Positions 1-10,390 of a DNA stretch of 64,000 bases are shown here, in pieces. Below the pieces are notes generated by a model. That model ran no database searches and had not been told where the DNA came from. It saw only the letters and a list, made by a program, of their open reading frames with translations. The DNA lies in contig JBHGNT010000018.1 of NCBI GenBank assembly GCA_043228905.1, positions 10,912,001 to 10,976,000 on the forward strand, read 5' to 3'. Source of the stretch: Azolla caroliniana (Eukaryota; Plantae; Polypodiophyta). How positions within the stretch are numbered: position 1 is the stretch's first letter; each line of letters starts with the position of its first letter. Both the position numbers and the translations under genes were made by a program.

Positions 1-640
1 CCTTCGCACATTGAACCCCAAAATCGAAATGGAAACGTAACACGATCCTCTCCACGGTCGTGGGCACTATAGTGGCCGTGTTGTCGAGTGGAGGTGTCAG
101 CTCGTCACGTGGAATATGCTCTGTGTATGGTGGCCGAAACGTCGGGCTGTTGTTTGGTTGCTTCCATTGTAGTTGGTGGGGTCGAGTCCTCCTGCTCTAT
201 GGTCTACTCCTACGCTTGCTTTGGTGCCATCCCTGTGTTTGCGTCGTCATTGAATTTCTCAAGGAGGTTCCTTGATTGCTGTGGTGTGCGTGCTTGCAAG
301 GGCTTGGAATTCATCGCTGAGGTCTTCCTGTAGGACTTGGATCATGCTTTCGTCCATCTCATAAAATACGCGACTCTTTTTTTTTCGGTTTAGCTCGAAA
401 ATATCGCAATTCAGTTGCTTGGACGAACCATTCTTTCCACCCGTGGGTTAGAGTCTCCTCGACGTTTTGATTAAGCTTTGACCGACGTTGGAAGATGAGG
501 GTTTAGATGCGTGATTTGATCATTTTATCATTAGCCCGTAGGGTTTCTAGTATTTCTTTTGCTAGCTTGGCCTCTATGTGTGATTGGAGTTTGGCGATTT
601 TATACGACTTGGTGACCGTGCTCTATTTTAAATCTAATTC

Positions 641-716
641 ACGCCTGTGGCGTAATGGATAAAGCACTTGACTTCTAATCAAGGGCTTGTGGGTTCGAGT
701 CCCATCGGGCGTGCCA
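641..716 (+). tRNA. tRNA-Arg(UCU)-like gene, near-intact cloverleaf, with genomically encoded CCA (714-716)
   Basis: Acceptor stem ACGCCTG/CGGGCGT, D arm GCGT-AATGGATA-AAGC (1 mismatch), anticodon stem CTTGA/TCAAG with loop CT-TCT-AA, T arm GTGGG-TTCGAGT-CCCAT. 73 nt plus CCA; resembles plant cytosolic tRNA-Arg(TCT). Confidence 0.85.
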
Positions 717-719
717 AAT

Positions 720-1023
720 TGTGTTGTCTTTGCTAATTGGGAGATAATATGGTCAAGGGGTCGTGATACGTAGTGGTGTACAAGAAAGCCAGGAATGCAC
801 AACTAGTTGATTTCAAAACACAGTCGGCCCAAACTGGCCTTGTAAATTATACTTGAAATTAAGATAGCAAATCCAAATAGTACAGATAGATGCTTGAACA
901 GATCAGGTCCATAGAGATAGATATATTAATAGATTTAGGTTCTATGGTTACACGTCCCATGGTTGGAGTTCTATTCTCATACAGTCAAAAGAATAACAAT
1001 AATCCTATCTAGACTAGTGTATA
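720..1023 (-). repeat. LTR-like unit of the tandem element (copy 1)
   Basis: Starts TGTG 3 nt after the tRNA CCA and ends GTGTATA directly before TCTCCCTCTCCCTTT (a PPT on the - strand). Homologous blocks at 2095-2335, 3436-3767, ~4258-4429 and ~5261-5386. Confidence 0.6.
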
Positions 1024-2015
1024 TCTCCCTCTCCCTTTGAGTCTGCTCATTGTTTTATTGGTTCCCTTTTTGCTTGGTGCACTTCAGTCAATACTTTCTT
1101 CTCGGACTTCATTCTTGGTTGCACATATTCCGTTACCTTCCTCATTCTCGGTTGCCCTTTTTCACCTACTTTACCTACTCTTATCTTCATATTCATTTCA
1201 AATTGTATCCCTTTTGTCCCCCAAATAATACCTGGCATAGCCGTGGGATTGTGCCTTCGCATGTCGAACCCCAAAACCGAAATGGAAACATAAAATTGAT
1301 AAGGAGCCGTGACATAATTCTATTGTACACTCAATAAATGTCGAGGATGTCCTTGAAAGGTGGCAACACCATCATCTCCTCAGTCGTGTGCGCTATTGTG
1401 GCTCTTCATGTGGGATTTGTTTGGTGTGTATCCCTGCAAAAACGTGGAGATGTTGTTCGGTAGTGTCCATTGTAGTTGGTGGGGTCGAGGCCTCTTGCTC
1501 TGTGGTCTGGTCCTGCGCTTACTCTGGTGCCATTCCTGTCTTTGCTTCGACCGTCTACCCTTGGGCTGCTTCCTTGAATGCATGCTCGGTTTTGAGCATT
1601 AGCAACAACTGGTTGTCGTTGAATTAATCAAGGAGGTTCCTGATTGTCGTGGTGTGCGTGCTTGGTAGGGCTTGGAATTCGTCGGTGAGGTCTTCTTGGA
1701 GAACGTGAATGCTGGTTTCGTCCATCTTATAAAATCCTTCACCCTCTTTTCTCCGGTTTTTGGCGTCGGCTTGAAAATATTGCAATTCGGCTGCTTAGAC
1801 AAACCATTCTTTCCAACCATGGGCTAGAGTTTCCTTGACCTTTTGATTAAGCTTCGACCGATGTTTGAGGACGAGGGCTCAGATGTGTGTTTCAATCATT
1901 TCATCTTTAGCTTGTAAGGTTTCCAGTTCTTCTTGTGCTTGCTTGGTCTTTATCTATGATTGGATTTTGGCGATTTCATACGACTTGTTGATCGTGCTAG
2001 TCTTAAATTTAATCT

Positions 2016-2091
2016 ATGCCCATGGCCTAATGGATAAGGCACTTGACTTCTAATCAAGGGATTGTGAGTCTGAGTCCCATTGGGCGTGCAA
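2016..2091 (+). pseudogene. tRNA-Arg(UCU) pseudogene, copy 2
   Basis: ATGCCCATGGCCTAATGGATAAGGCACTTGACTTCTAATCAAGGG...TGGGCGTG-CAA; T-loop/B-box mutated (GAGTCTGAGT). Confidence 0.8.
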
Positions 2092-2335
2092 AATTGTACT
2101 TGAAATTAAGATAGCAAATCCAAATACCGTAGATAGATGGTTGAACATATTAGAACCACAAAGATAGATATATTAATAGATTCAGATGCAACATTTAGAT
2201 GGCTAATGGCTGGAGTTCTATTCTCATTGAGATAGATAAAAGTAGACTTCTCTAGAGTAGTGTATATCTCCCTCTCGGCTGGAGTTCTATTCTCATTGAG
2301 ACAGATAAAAGTAGTCTCCTCTAGAGTAGTGTATA

Positions 2336-3356
2336 TCTCCCTCTCTCTCTGCTCCTCATTTTGTTGCTTCCCTTACTTTTTGGTGCGCTTAAGTCAATCC
2401 TTTCTTCTCAGCCTTCATTCTCGGTTGCACATATTCCGTTACCTTCCTAATTCTCAGTGGTTCTTTTTCACCCACTTTACCTACTCTTATCTTTAGATCC
2501 GTTTCAAATTGTATCCCTTTCGTCACACAGATAACACTTGGCATGCGTGTGGAACATTGCCTTCTCACGTCCAACCCCAAAATCGAAATGCAAAAGCTAA
2601 AATTGATCAGGAGACTTGACAGAATTGTACTGTGCACTCAATTTCGTCCAAAATGTTGAGGATATCCTCGGAAGGTGGGAACACGATCCTCTCCTCAGTT
2701 GCAGGCGTTGTAGTGGTTGTGTTGTCCAATGGAGGTGTCGGCTTGTCACGTTGGGTTTGCTCGGTGTATATCGGTGTTGAAACCTCGAACTGTTGTTTGG
2801 TAGCTTCCATTGTAGTTGGTGGGGTCAAGGCCTTATGCTCTGTGGTATGTTCCTATGCTTCCTTTGGTGCCATGCTTGTCTCTGCTTCGTCTGTCTGCCC
2901 CTGGGTTGCTTTCTTGAATGCACGTTCGGTTTCGAGCATTAGCAACAACTGGTCGTCGTCGAATTCCGCAAGGAGGTTCCCGATTGCCGTGGAGTGCATG
3001 CTTTCTAGGGCTTGGCATTCGTCGGCGAGGTCTTCCCGGAGGACTTGGATGCTGCTTTCATCCATTTTATAAAATCCGTGACCCTCTTTTCTCTGGTTTT
3101 CGGCGTCATCTCAAAAATATTGCAATTCGGCTGCTTGGACCGACCATTCTTTCCACTCGTGGGCTAGATTCTCCTCGACCTTTTGATTAAGCTTCGACTG
3201 ATATTTGAGGACGAGGGCTCAGATGCATGTTTCGATCATTTAATCTTTAGCCCGTAGGGTTTCCAGTTCTTCTTTGGCTTGATTGGCCTCTATCCGTGAT
3301 TGCATTTTGGTGATTTCATACGATTTGGTGACTGTGCTAAGTTTTAAATCTAATCC
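2336..3356 (-). pseudogene. Degenerate single ORF (~340 codons) of the tandem unit; unknown coiled-coil/gag-like protein
   Basis: Track ORFs 2853-3065 and 2607-2828 are in one frame, broken by TAA/TGA/TAG stops typical of C>T decay. Homologous pieces occur in other units (1047-1274; 4420-4662 and 4702-4971 in one frame). No RT, integrase or protease motif seen. Confidence 0.55.
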
Positions 3357-3432
3357 GCACATGTGGCCTAATGGATACGACACTTGACTTCTAATATAGG
3401 GATTGTGGGTTCAAGTCCCACAGGACGTGCCT
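3357..3432 (+). pseudogene. tRNA-Arg(UCU) pseudogene, copy 3
   Basis: GCACATGTGGCCTAATGGATACGACACTTGACTTCTAATATAGGGATTGTGGGTTCAAGTCCCACAGGACGTG-CCT; same position in the repeat unit. Confidence 0.75.
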
Positions 3433-3435
3433 AAT

Positions 3436-3767
3436 TGTGTTTCTCTGTCTCGTATCGGAGATAAAACCTTCGTTTACTTCTATGGTAATCGGGTCAAGGG
3501 GTTGTGGTATGTAGTGGTGGACACGAAAGCCGGGAATGCTTTTCGGCTAGCTGATTTTAAAAAACAGTCGGCCACAACCGGCCTTGTAAATTGTACTTGA
3601 AATTAATATAGCAAATCCAAATAACTCAGATAGATGCTTGAACCAATTAGACCCACAGAGATAGATATATTAATTCATTCATATGCAAAGGTTACACGGC
3701 TCATGGCCGGAGTTCTATTCTCATACAGTGAGACAAATAAAAGTAATCCTCTCTAGAAAAGTGCATA
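3436..3767 (-). repeat. LTR-like unit of the tandem element (copy 3, longest)
   Basis: TGTG...GTGCATA termini, flanked by the tRNA/PBS on one side and TTTCCCTCTCCCTCT (PPT complement) on the other. Confidence 0.6.
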
Positions 3768-5386
3768 TTTCCCTCTCCCTCTGATTCTGCTCCTCGTTTT
3801 ATAGCTTCCCTTTTTGCTTGGCATGCTTTAGTCAATCCTTTCATCTCGGCCTTCATTCTCAGCTGCACGTATTGCATTCCCTTCCTTATTCTCGGTTGTC
3901 ATTTTTCACCTACTTTACCTATTCACATATTTAGATTCGTTTTACATTGTATCCCTTTTGTCCCATGGATAACACTTGGCACGCCTGTGGGATAGTGCTT
4001 TCCCATGTGGAACCCTAAAATTGAAATGTAAACGTAAAATTAATAAGGAACTATGACGGAATTACACTGTACACTAAATTTCTTTCAAAATGTTGAGGAT
4101 GTCATCGAAAGGTGGCAGCACGGTCGTCTCCTCGGTTGTGGGCACTATAATGACCGTGTTGTCCAGTGGAGGTGTTGGCTCGTCACGTGGAATATGCTCG
4201 GTGTGGATTGCGGCCGAAATGTCGGGCTGTTGTTGGGTTGCTTCCATCATATTGGTGGGGTCAAGGGGTCGTGATATGTAGTGGTATACAAGAAAGCCGG
4301 GAATGTACGACTAGTTGATTTCGAAAAACAGTCGATAGATTCAGATGCAATGGTTACATGGATCACGATCGTAGTTCTATTCTCATACAGTCAAACAGAT
4401 AACAGTAATCATTTCTAGACTAGTGTATATCTCCCTCTCCCTTTGATTCTTCTCCTTGTTTTATTGCTTCCCTTTCAGTTTGGTGTGTTTCAGTTAATCC
4501 TTTCTTCTTGGCCTTCATTCTTAGCTGCGCGTATTCCGTTACCTTCCCCATTCTCGGTTGTCCTTTTTCACCTACTTTATCTACTGTTATCTTTAGATTC
4601 ATTTCAAATTGTATCCCTTTTGTCCCACGGATAATACATGGCACACACGTTGGACATTGCATTCACAGGTCGAACGCTAGAACTGAAATGGAAACATAAA
4701 ATTAATAAGGAGCCGTGACAAATTCTATTGTACACTCAATTTCCTCCAAAATGTGGAGGATGTCCTCGGAAGGTGGGAGCACTATCGTCTCCTCGGTCGT
4801 GGATGTTGTAGTGGTCGTGTTGTCTAGTGGAGGTGTCGGTTCGTTATGTGGCCTTTGCTCAGTGGGTATCATGGTAGAAACGTTGAGCTGTTGTTCGGTA
4901 GTGTCCATCGTAGTGGGTGGAATCGAGGCCTCCTGCTCAGTGGTCTGCTCCTGCGTTTGCTCTGGTGTCATCCTTGTCTTTGCTTCATACGTCTACCCTT
5001 GGGCTGCTTCCTTGAATGCACACTCGGTTTCGAGCATTCGCAACAACTGGTCGTCGTTGAATTCGTCAAGGAAGTTCCCAATTGCCGTGGTGTGCATGCT
5101 TGCTAGGGCTTAGAATTTGTCGGTGAGGTCTTCCTAGAGGACTTGGTTGTTGTTTCGTCCATCTTATAAAATCCACGACCCTATTTTTTCCTGTTTTCAG
5201 CATCAACTCGAAAATATTGCAATTCCGCCGCTTGGACCGACCATTCTTTCCATGTGGAAATTGTGCTTGAAATTAAGTTAGCAAATCTAAATAACACAGA
5301 TAGATGCGTGAACATATTAGACCCATAGAGATAGATATATTAATAGATTTAGATGCAACGGTTACACGACTCACGACTAGAGTTCT

Positions 5387-6186
5387 GGTTGCCGACTGGA
5401 GAGTGGTCCGAGTTGGAACGTCCTTGATTCCGCTCGGATCGCCGACAAATCTCTTTTCTCTTTATTGACCAGCTATCGGAAACATTGTGGCCAACTTTCT
5501 TGCAGTGTGTGTGTGCAGTACTCGCTTGATCAGGCCGTTTTCGACTTCGACCGTTGTCGGTCTTCCCTCGTTTTTGATCGGTTGTAGTGTCGACTGGTTC
5601 TATTGGCTTGTTCTTTCGTTCGACTTTGTCGGTCGAACGACTCGGTCAAGTGATGGGCTTTTGCCAACTCATCGATGGTTAGTCCCATAGATTTTTGCCT
5701 AATGTCCTTTGTGAGGACTTGGCCGATTGTTTCGTCCAAGTTTAGGATCAGACGCCTATTCACTTATGTCGTGCAGAATACCTCCCAGCTCGCCGGCAAG
5801 CACGATAGGAGGGCAAGGGTTTTCACATCTTGTTCGAAGTTGATCCCTTGTGATGAGAGCTCAGACAACACCCGATTGAAGGTGTTGATGTGGGAGGTTG
5901 CCAGATTGGTCTCTCTCATCTTTATGTGGATTAGTTGTTTGATCAGAATTAGTTTCGAAGATGAGGACTTCTTTTCATAAACGGCCTGTAGCTTCTCCCA
6001 TAATGAGAACACTGTCGTCTCTTTTGCCATTCTAAAATAGACGTTTTCAGCTAGATGCATTCGGATGGTGGAGCGTGCGATTTCGTCCGTTGATCTCCAC
6101 TCCTCGGTTGTCATTGAAGCAGGTTTTTTGTTGTGCCGAATGGCTTCGACCTGTCTTCAAATGATCAACACATCTTGCATCATCTC
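5387..6186 (-). pseudogene. gag: Ty1/copia gag remnant (element G, downstream part)
   Basis: ORF 5764-6114 (EEWRSTDEIARSTIRMHL...LWEKLQAVYEKKS...LALLSCLPASWE) is a UBN2-type copia gag. It joins 25372-25445 across the ATCTC TSD to read KNFALWKEMMQDVLI. Confidence 0.85.
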
Positions 6187-6216
6187 TGTTATGAGAATGA
6201 CCATATAATATCCCGT

Positions 6217-6814
6217 TGTCGAGGTATTCCTCACGGATGCGTGGAATGAGGCGGGACCTCGGGGGTCCTGTACCGAAGAGCAAGAGAGAAAAGAGAAGAG
6301 GCCCACTACGTGCGACCGTAGATTCACAGGGACACGGCCCTTCGACACGAAGACGCGAGTGGGACAGCGACACAGAGAGACACGAATGTATGTATGTATT
6401 AACAAAGACAAACAACAAGACATGAAGTCGGTTACAACCGAACAGGCCGGCGAACAGATGCTGATGCCTGTTCGTAAATGCACAGAAAGGAAAGAGTAGG
6501 TTGGAGGTGCTGCCGGAAGCACTCGGGCTTTCCTCAGAGCAGCACGAGCCTCCCGAAACCTGCACAGCAAGAAGCTACGGAGCTTGCGAGCTAGAGAGAG
6601 AGAGAAGCCTTTGCCCACAAACTGACAACACTTCGTCCTCGACTCTCCGCGATCCCTTCGCCCCTCCTCGTCTCCCTCCTTTTATAGGCAAGGAAGGAGC
6701 CGTTTTCCATTAACTCCCTACCTACTGAGGATCTTCTATGTACAACATTCAAGAAGAGCCGGTTCCTACGCTCCGGCGCACCGATTCCGCTTGTGGACGG
6801 TTTTCTTCACGACA
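6217..6814 (-). repeat. 3' LTR of element A
   Basis: Highly similar to 11484-12087. Confidence 0.93.
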
Positions 6815-6887
6815 TTCGCCCCCACCTAACCGCGCATCCACCGGCATGCGCCAAATTGAGTTGGGACGGAGAAAACTGGTCCAGCCT

Positions 6888-8852
6888 TCATTCCCCGCCC
6901 GTCGGTTCTTCCTCGGTTTCGGATCGTTCGTCGTCGTAGTCCAGGTCAACTGGATCCGGCTCGTCGTCGTGACGCTTCCTGAACGCTTTGATCCGCTTCC
7001 CAGCTACCGGTATCGCCATTCTCGTACCGTCGAGTTCCGCCAGATGGTACATCCCGTTGTCGTTGGCGCTTTGTACCACGTAAGGCCCGAACCACCTTCT
7101 TGTAAACTTCCGTGTCGCTCGATGCTGATTGTTGAGGCTGCTGTCGTAGACTAGCACCCAGTCGCCTTCCTCGATCTTCTTCGGTCGGAGCCGGTGCGTT
7201 CGGTCGAACCGTGCTTTGTTCCTCGTCCTTGCCACCCGAAGCTTTTCCGCAGCCTGCTCCACGTCCTCCAGTCTTCGCTCAAGTTGTCGTATGCGCGCCG
7301 TCAACAGTTCCTCCCGGCTCATCTCGTCTCTCCAGTCCACGGTTGCCCACGAGGAGATTGTACGTTCCATCGGCATGACTAGCTTCTGCCCAAACATGAG
7401 CTCTGCCGGCATGAATCCGGTTACCGAACTGTGCGTAGTTCGGTCAGCCCACAACGCGTAAGGCAGCAACCGCGGCCAGTTCCCAACTTGCCCCCCGCAT
7501 GCTCGAACTAACGCCTTGACGATCGGTCTGTGTCCGCGCTCCACCTTCCCATTCGCCTCCGTATTGTACGCAGTGGTAAGCGAGAGCTTGACTCCTAGCT
7601 GGTCGAACAACTCCTCGGCCTCTTCGGCGTCCAACTCCCCGCGATCAGCCACGATCTTCCCGACGCACCCGTACCGGCATATCACGTCCTCGATCAGGAA
7701 CCGGCATACGGCTGCAGTCATTTTGTTCTGAAGGGCTCGGCCTTCCACCTGGTTCGTCAGATCTTCCCGAGCCAGGACCAGATACCGCATTTGTCCTACT
7801 CCCATCGGCATCGTCACCAGATCTACCATCCATTTGAAGTGGATGGTCGGGGGGTACGTAGGGTGAAGCTCGTCCCGATGTCGGACTACGGAGTGCATCT
7901 GACAGCTCTCGCAAGTTGTCACGAACCGATGCACGTCCCGGTACAATCCCGGCCACCAGTATTTCCCCTTTATCTTCTCGAACGTGGCCCACGTTCCACG
8001 GTGTCCAGCCCAAGGGCTGTCGTGGTAGGCCGTCAGCAGCTTCTCCTGTTCTTCCTTCATCGCCACCACCCGGAGCGGGACGCCGTTCCTCTTCTTCGGG
8101 TGCTTCCATAAGTATCCGTCCCGGAGAAAGAATCGGTAAGCTTTCTTCCGGATCCGGTTGGCCTCGTCCTTCGTCCATGACGCATCCGGCGTCATTGTCC
8201 TCAAAAATCCACCGATCTGGAGCCACTCGCCGTCGTACTTGCTCTCGTCGAAGTCGTTAAGTGCCGGAGTGCTCGTCCCATCGGTCGTCACGTACGCCGC
8301 CTCGAAGAAGTCCACGTTGACTTCTTCGTCCTCCGAAACCATGCCGCCCTCGTCATCAAACCTCGCCCTCGAAAGCATGTCGGCCATGGCATTGTCCTTT
8401 CCGGAAATGTGCCGTATTTCCGGATCCAGGGACTTGATGTACGCTATCCACCTGAGCATCGCCAGGTCCGGTGTCGCGCATCCGGAAACCATGCCGAGGA
8501 TTGGCAGGCAATCCGTCTCGATAATCACTTCCGTCCCGATCAGGTAGTCTTTGTCGGCCTTTACTGCCGAAACGATACCCCAGAGTTCGCGTTTAACCTG
8601 GGCGTACCCTCGCTGTCGCTCACTGAGGAGCTTCACGCCGAATCGGATCGGGAACCGAATGCCGTCCTTGTCTTCTTGGTTGACGACCCACCCGATCCTG
8701 GTCGGGCTCGTATCCACCGTCATGTATACCGGGGTACCCTTCTCGTAGACAGCCTTCCGGAGCGCCGGTGCTGCTGCAAGAGCTTCCTTCAGCTTCCGGA
8801 CCGACTCCGTGTGCTCGTCTCGCCACTCGAATTTTCGCCCTTTCTTCAGCAA
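6888..8852 (-). CDS. pol: Element A pol: RNase H + integrase
   Basis: RNase H (TVDTS...KRELWGIV...ETDC), HHCC zinc finger (YHDSPWAGH...CESC), DDE core (VDL...VADRG...GKVER) and GPY/F motif. A frameshift near 8915 separates it from RT. Confidence 0.9.
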   Translation of the reverse strand: MLKKGRKFEWRDEHTESVRKLKEALAAAPALRKAVYEKGTPVYMTVDTSPTRIGWVVNQEDKDGIRFPIRFGVKLLSERQRGYAQVKRELWGIVSAVKADKDYLIGTEVIIETDCLPILGMVSGCATPDLAMLRWIAYIKSLDPEIRHISGKDNAMADMLSRARFDDEGGMVSEDEEVNVDFFEAAYVTTDGTSTPALNDFDESKYDGEWLQIGGFLRTMTPDASWTKDEANRIRKKAYRFFLRDGYLWKHPKKRNGVPLRVVAMKEEQEKLLTAYHDSPWAGHRGTWATFEKIKGKYWWPGLYRDVHRFVTTCESCQMHSVVRHRDELHPTYPPTIHFKWMVDLVTMPMGVGQMRYLVLAREDLTNQVEGRALQNKMTAAVCRFLIEDVICRYGCVGKIVADRGELDAEEAEELFDQLGVKLSLTTAYNTEANGKVERGHRPIVKALVRACGGQVGNWPRLLPYALWADRTTHSSVTGFMPAELMFGQKLVMPMERTISSWATVDWRDEMSREELLTARIRQLERRLEDVEQAAEKLRVARTRNKARFDRTHRLRPKKIEEGDWVLVYDSSLNNQHRATRKFTRRWFGPYVVQSANDNGMYHLAELDGTRMAIPVAGKRIKAFRKRHDDEPDPVDLDYDDERSETEEEPTGGE

Positions 8853-10390
8853 CCCGTATAGCGGCTCCGCAACGTGGGCGTAATGCGGGATCCATATGTG
8901 GTAGAACGCGCATGCCCCAGGAACCTCCGAATTTCCGTAACCGAGCTACAGTCGGTCTTCATCGCGGAGATGGCTTCTACCTTTGCCGGAGACGGCTTCC
9001 GGCCATATGGTCCACATAGGTGTCCGACCACCAGGATTTCTGATTGCCCGAAGGCCGATTTCTCCCTGGAGAAGGTGAGCCTCGCATCCTCTAGCCTTTG
9101 TAGCACCTTCTCGCAGTCGTCGATGTGTGCTGCCACGAATCGCCGGCATTCGTCCGGCCCGAGTGTCTCGTCCTTCTCTTCCACCGGGCACCCCTTGATC
9201 GAGATGTCGTCTAGAAACGGCATGGTGATGTCCGGGATGCAATCCCTCAGTACCTTGTTCATTGCATTCACCATGTGGGCCATCGAGTTGGTCCCTCCTT
9301 GTGGCAGGGTACACATTCGCACTAGGCCGAGGGGAGTTCGCATCGTCGTAATGTCTCTGCTCTCCACGGCTAGCTGGAACTGGTCGTACCCTGAGTATAG
9401 ATCACCGACCGAGTAAATAGACCTTCTGGCGAAGGCCTCCGCGAACTCGTCTATGGTCGGTCCGATTCCTGCGTTCCGAATGGTCACTCTGTTGACCGGC
9501 TGCAGGTCTTGAATGAAGCGCATCGTTCCGTTTTTCTTTGGTACGGTAAACCATCTGTTCGAGTATGGGGCACTCGACGGTTCGAGAATGCCCATATCCA
9601 CTTTCTGCCTCAATAGCTCCATCAACTTCGGGATGTGAGCTCTCGGTACCGGAATCGGCTTGAGATTCCACGGCACATGCGGTATCGTGAATATCACCAT
9701 CGGCTCCACGATCGTCGGGTCTACGCACCCGATCTCTTCCGGTGAGAATGCGAAGGCCTTTCCGTGCCTTCTGAGCATTCTCCGAAACCGGTCTTCCTCC
9801 GCCGGCAGTAGGAACCTGCCCCCACCGATCTTGAGCTCCCGGAGCGTCCCGTCGGTGAAGGTGTGTCCTATGTAGGCCGGATCTCGTAAACTGGGGTCCG
9901 ACGCAACCCCTTTGATTCGGGACTCGCTGCCCTCCGGTAAGGGTGCCGCGACCGGCCTTACCTTCCGGTCCATAGTCTTGTACTTCGTGCTAACTTGGGC
10001 CGTCCGATCCGACCCGAGCCCCCGACTGAAGTTCGCGATGACTTCGTACATCTCTTCGGAACATACCGGTATCGTCCGGTCTTCGTTAAGGTCTTCTCCG
10101 GCTACCTCCCTCAGCATTCCCAGGGTGTTGTCGAAGGAGACCGCCTCCACGGCTCCGCTGATTTCCTCGTCCGGGCCGAGAACTCCGCACGCTCGAAGTC
10201 GCACTTCCGCCCTTGTCTTTTCTCGGCCAACGATGCTGACTATCATACACCCTCCGTTGTTGGAGAAGAAAAATTTCCTACCTATCGTACAGGGTCCCTT
10301 CGGTTTCGGTTCTATCGTACAATCGTGGGGTCTTTCCCGAGTGTCCGGACTATCTCGGCCCCACGCCTTGGCAGCCCTCTCTAAAAATCC
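8846..10390 (-). CDS. pol: Element A pol: reverse transcriptase (frame open up to the slippery site at 10390)
   Basis: RT motifs DLYSGYDQF, LPQG and PFLDD. Track ORF 8846-10246 is stop-free upstream to 10390, in the -1 frame relative to gag-PR. Confidence 0.9.
   Translation of the reverse strand, partial: GFLERAAKAWGRDSPDTRERPHDCTIEPKPKGPCTIGRKFFFSNNGGCMIVSIVGREKTRAEVRLRACGVLGPDEEISGAVEAVSFDNTLGMLREVAGEDLNEDRTIPVCSEEMYEVIANFSRGLGSDRTAQVSTKYKTMDRKVRPVAAPLPEGSESRIKGVASDPSLRDPAYIGHTFTDGTLRELKIGGGRFLLPAEEDRFRRMLRRHGKAFAFSPEEIGCVDPTIVEPMVIFTIPHVPWNLKPIPVPRAHIPKLMELLRQKVDMGILEPSSAPYSNRWFTVPKKNGTMRFIQDLQPVNRVTIRNAGIGPTIDEFAEAFARRSIYSVGDLYSGYDQFQLAVESRDITTMRTPLGLVRMCTLPQGGTNSMAHMVNAMNKVLRDCIPDITMPFLDDISIKGCPVEEKDETLGPDECRRFVAAHIDDCEKVLQRLEDARLTFSREKSAFGQSEILVVGHLCGPYGRKPSPAKVEAISAMKTDCSSVTEIRRFLGHARSTTYGSRITPTLRSRYTGC

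Larger units (their letters stand above)
1..5386 (-). mobile_element. Decayed tandem array (~5 units, 0.66-1.44 kb) of a small non-autonomous LTR-type element (TRIM-like) sharing LTRs
   Basis: The motif 'GAACCCCAAAATCGAAATGGAAAC' recurs at ~13, ~1266, ~2572, ~4010 and ~4672. On the - strand each full unit reads LTR-like block / ATT / TGGCACGCCC... (PBS) / degenerate ORF / purine tract AAAGGGAGAGGGAGA / next LTR-like block. Units 4 and 5 have internal deletions. Confidence 0.75.

Noticed and set aside
8846-8920. Programmed frameshift between RT and RNase H in element A
   Set aside because: The homologous region in D is continuous, so this is a decay mutation.
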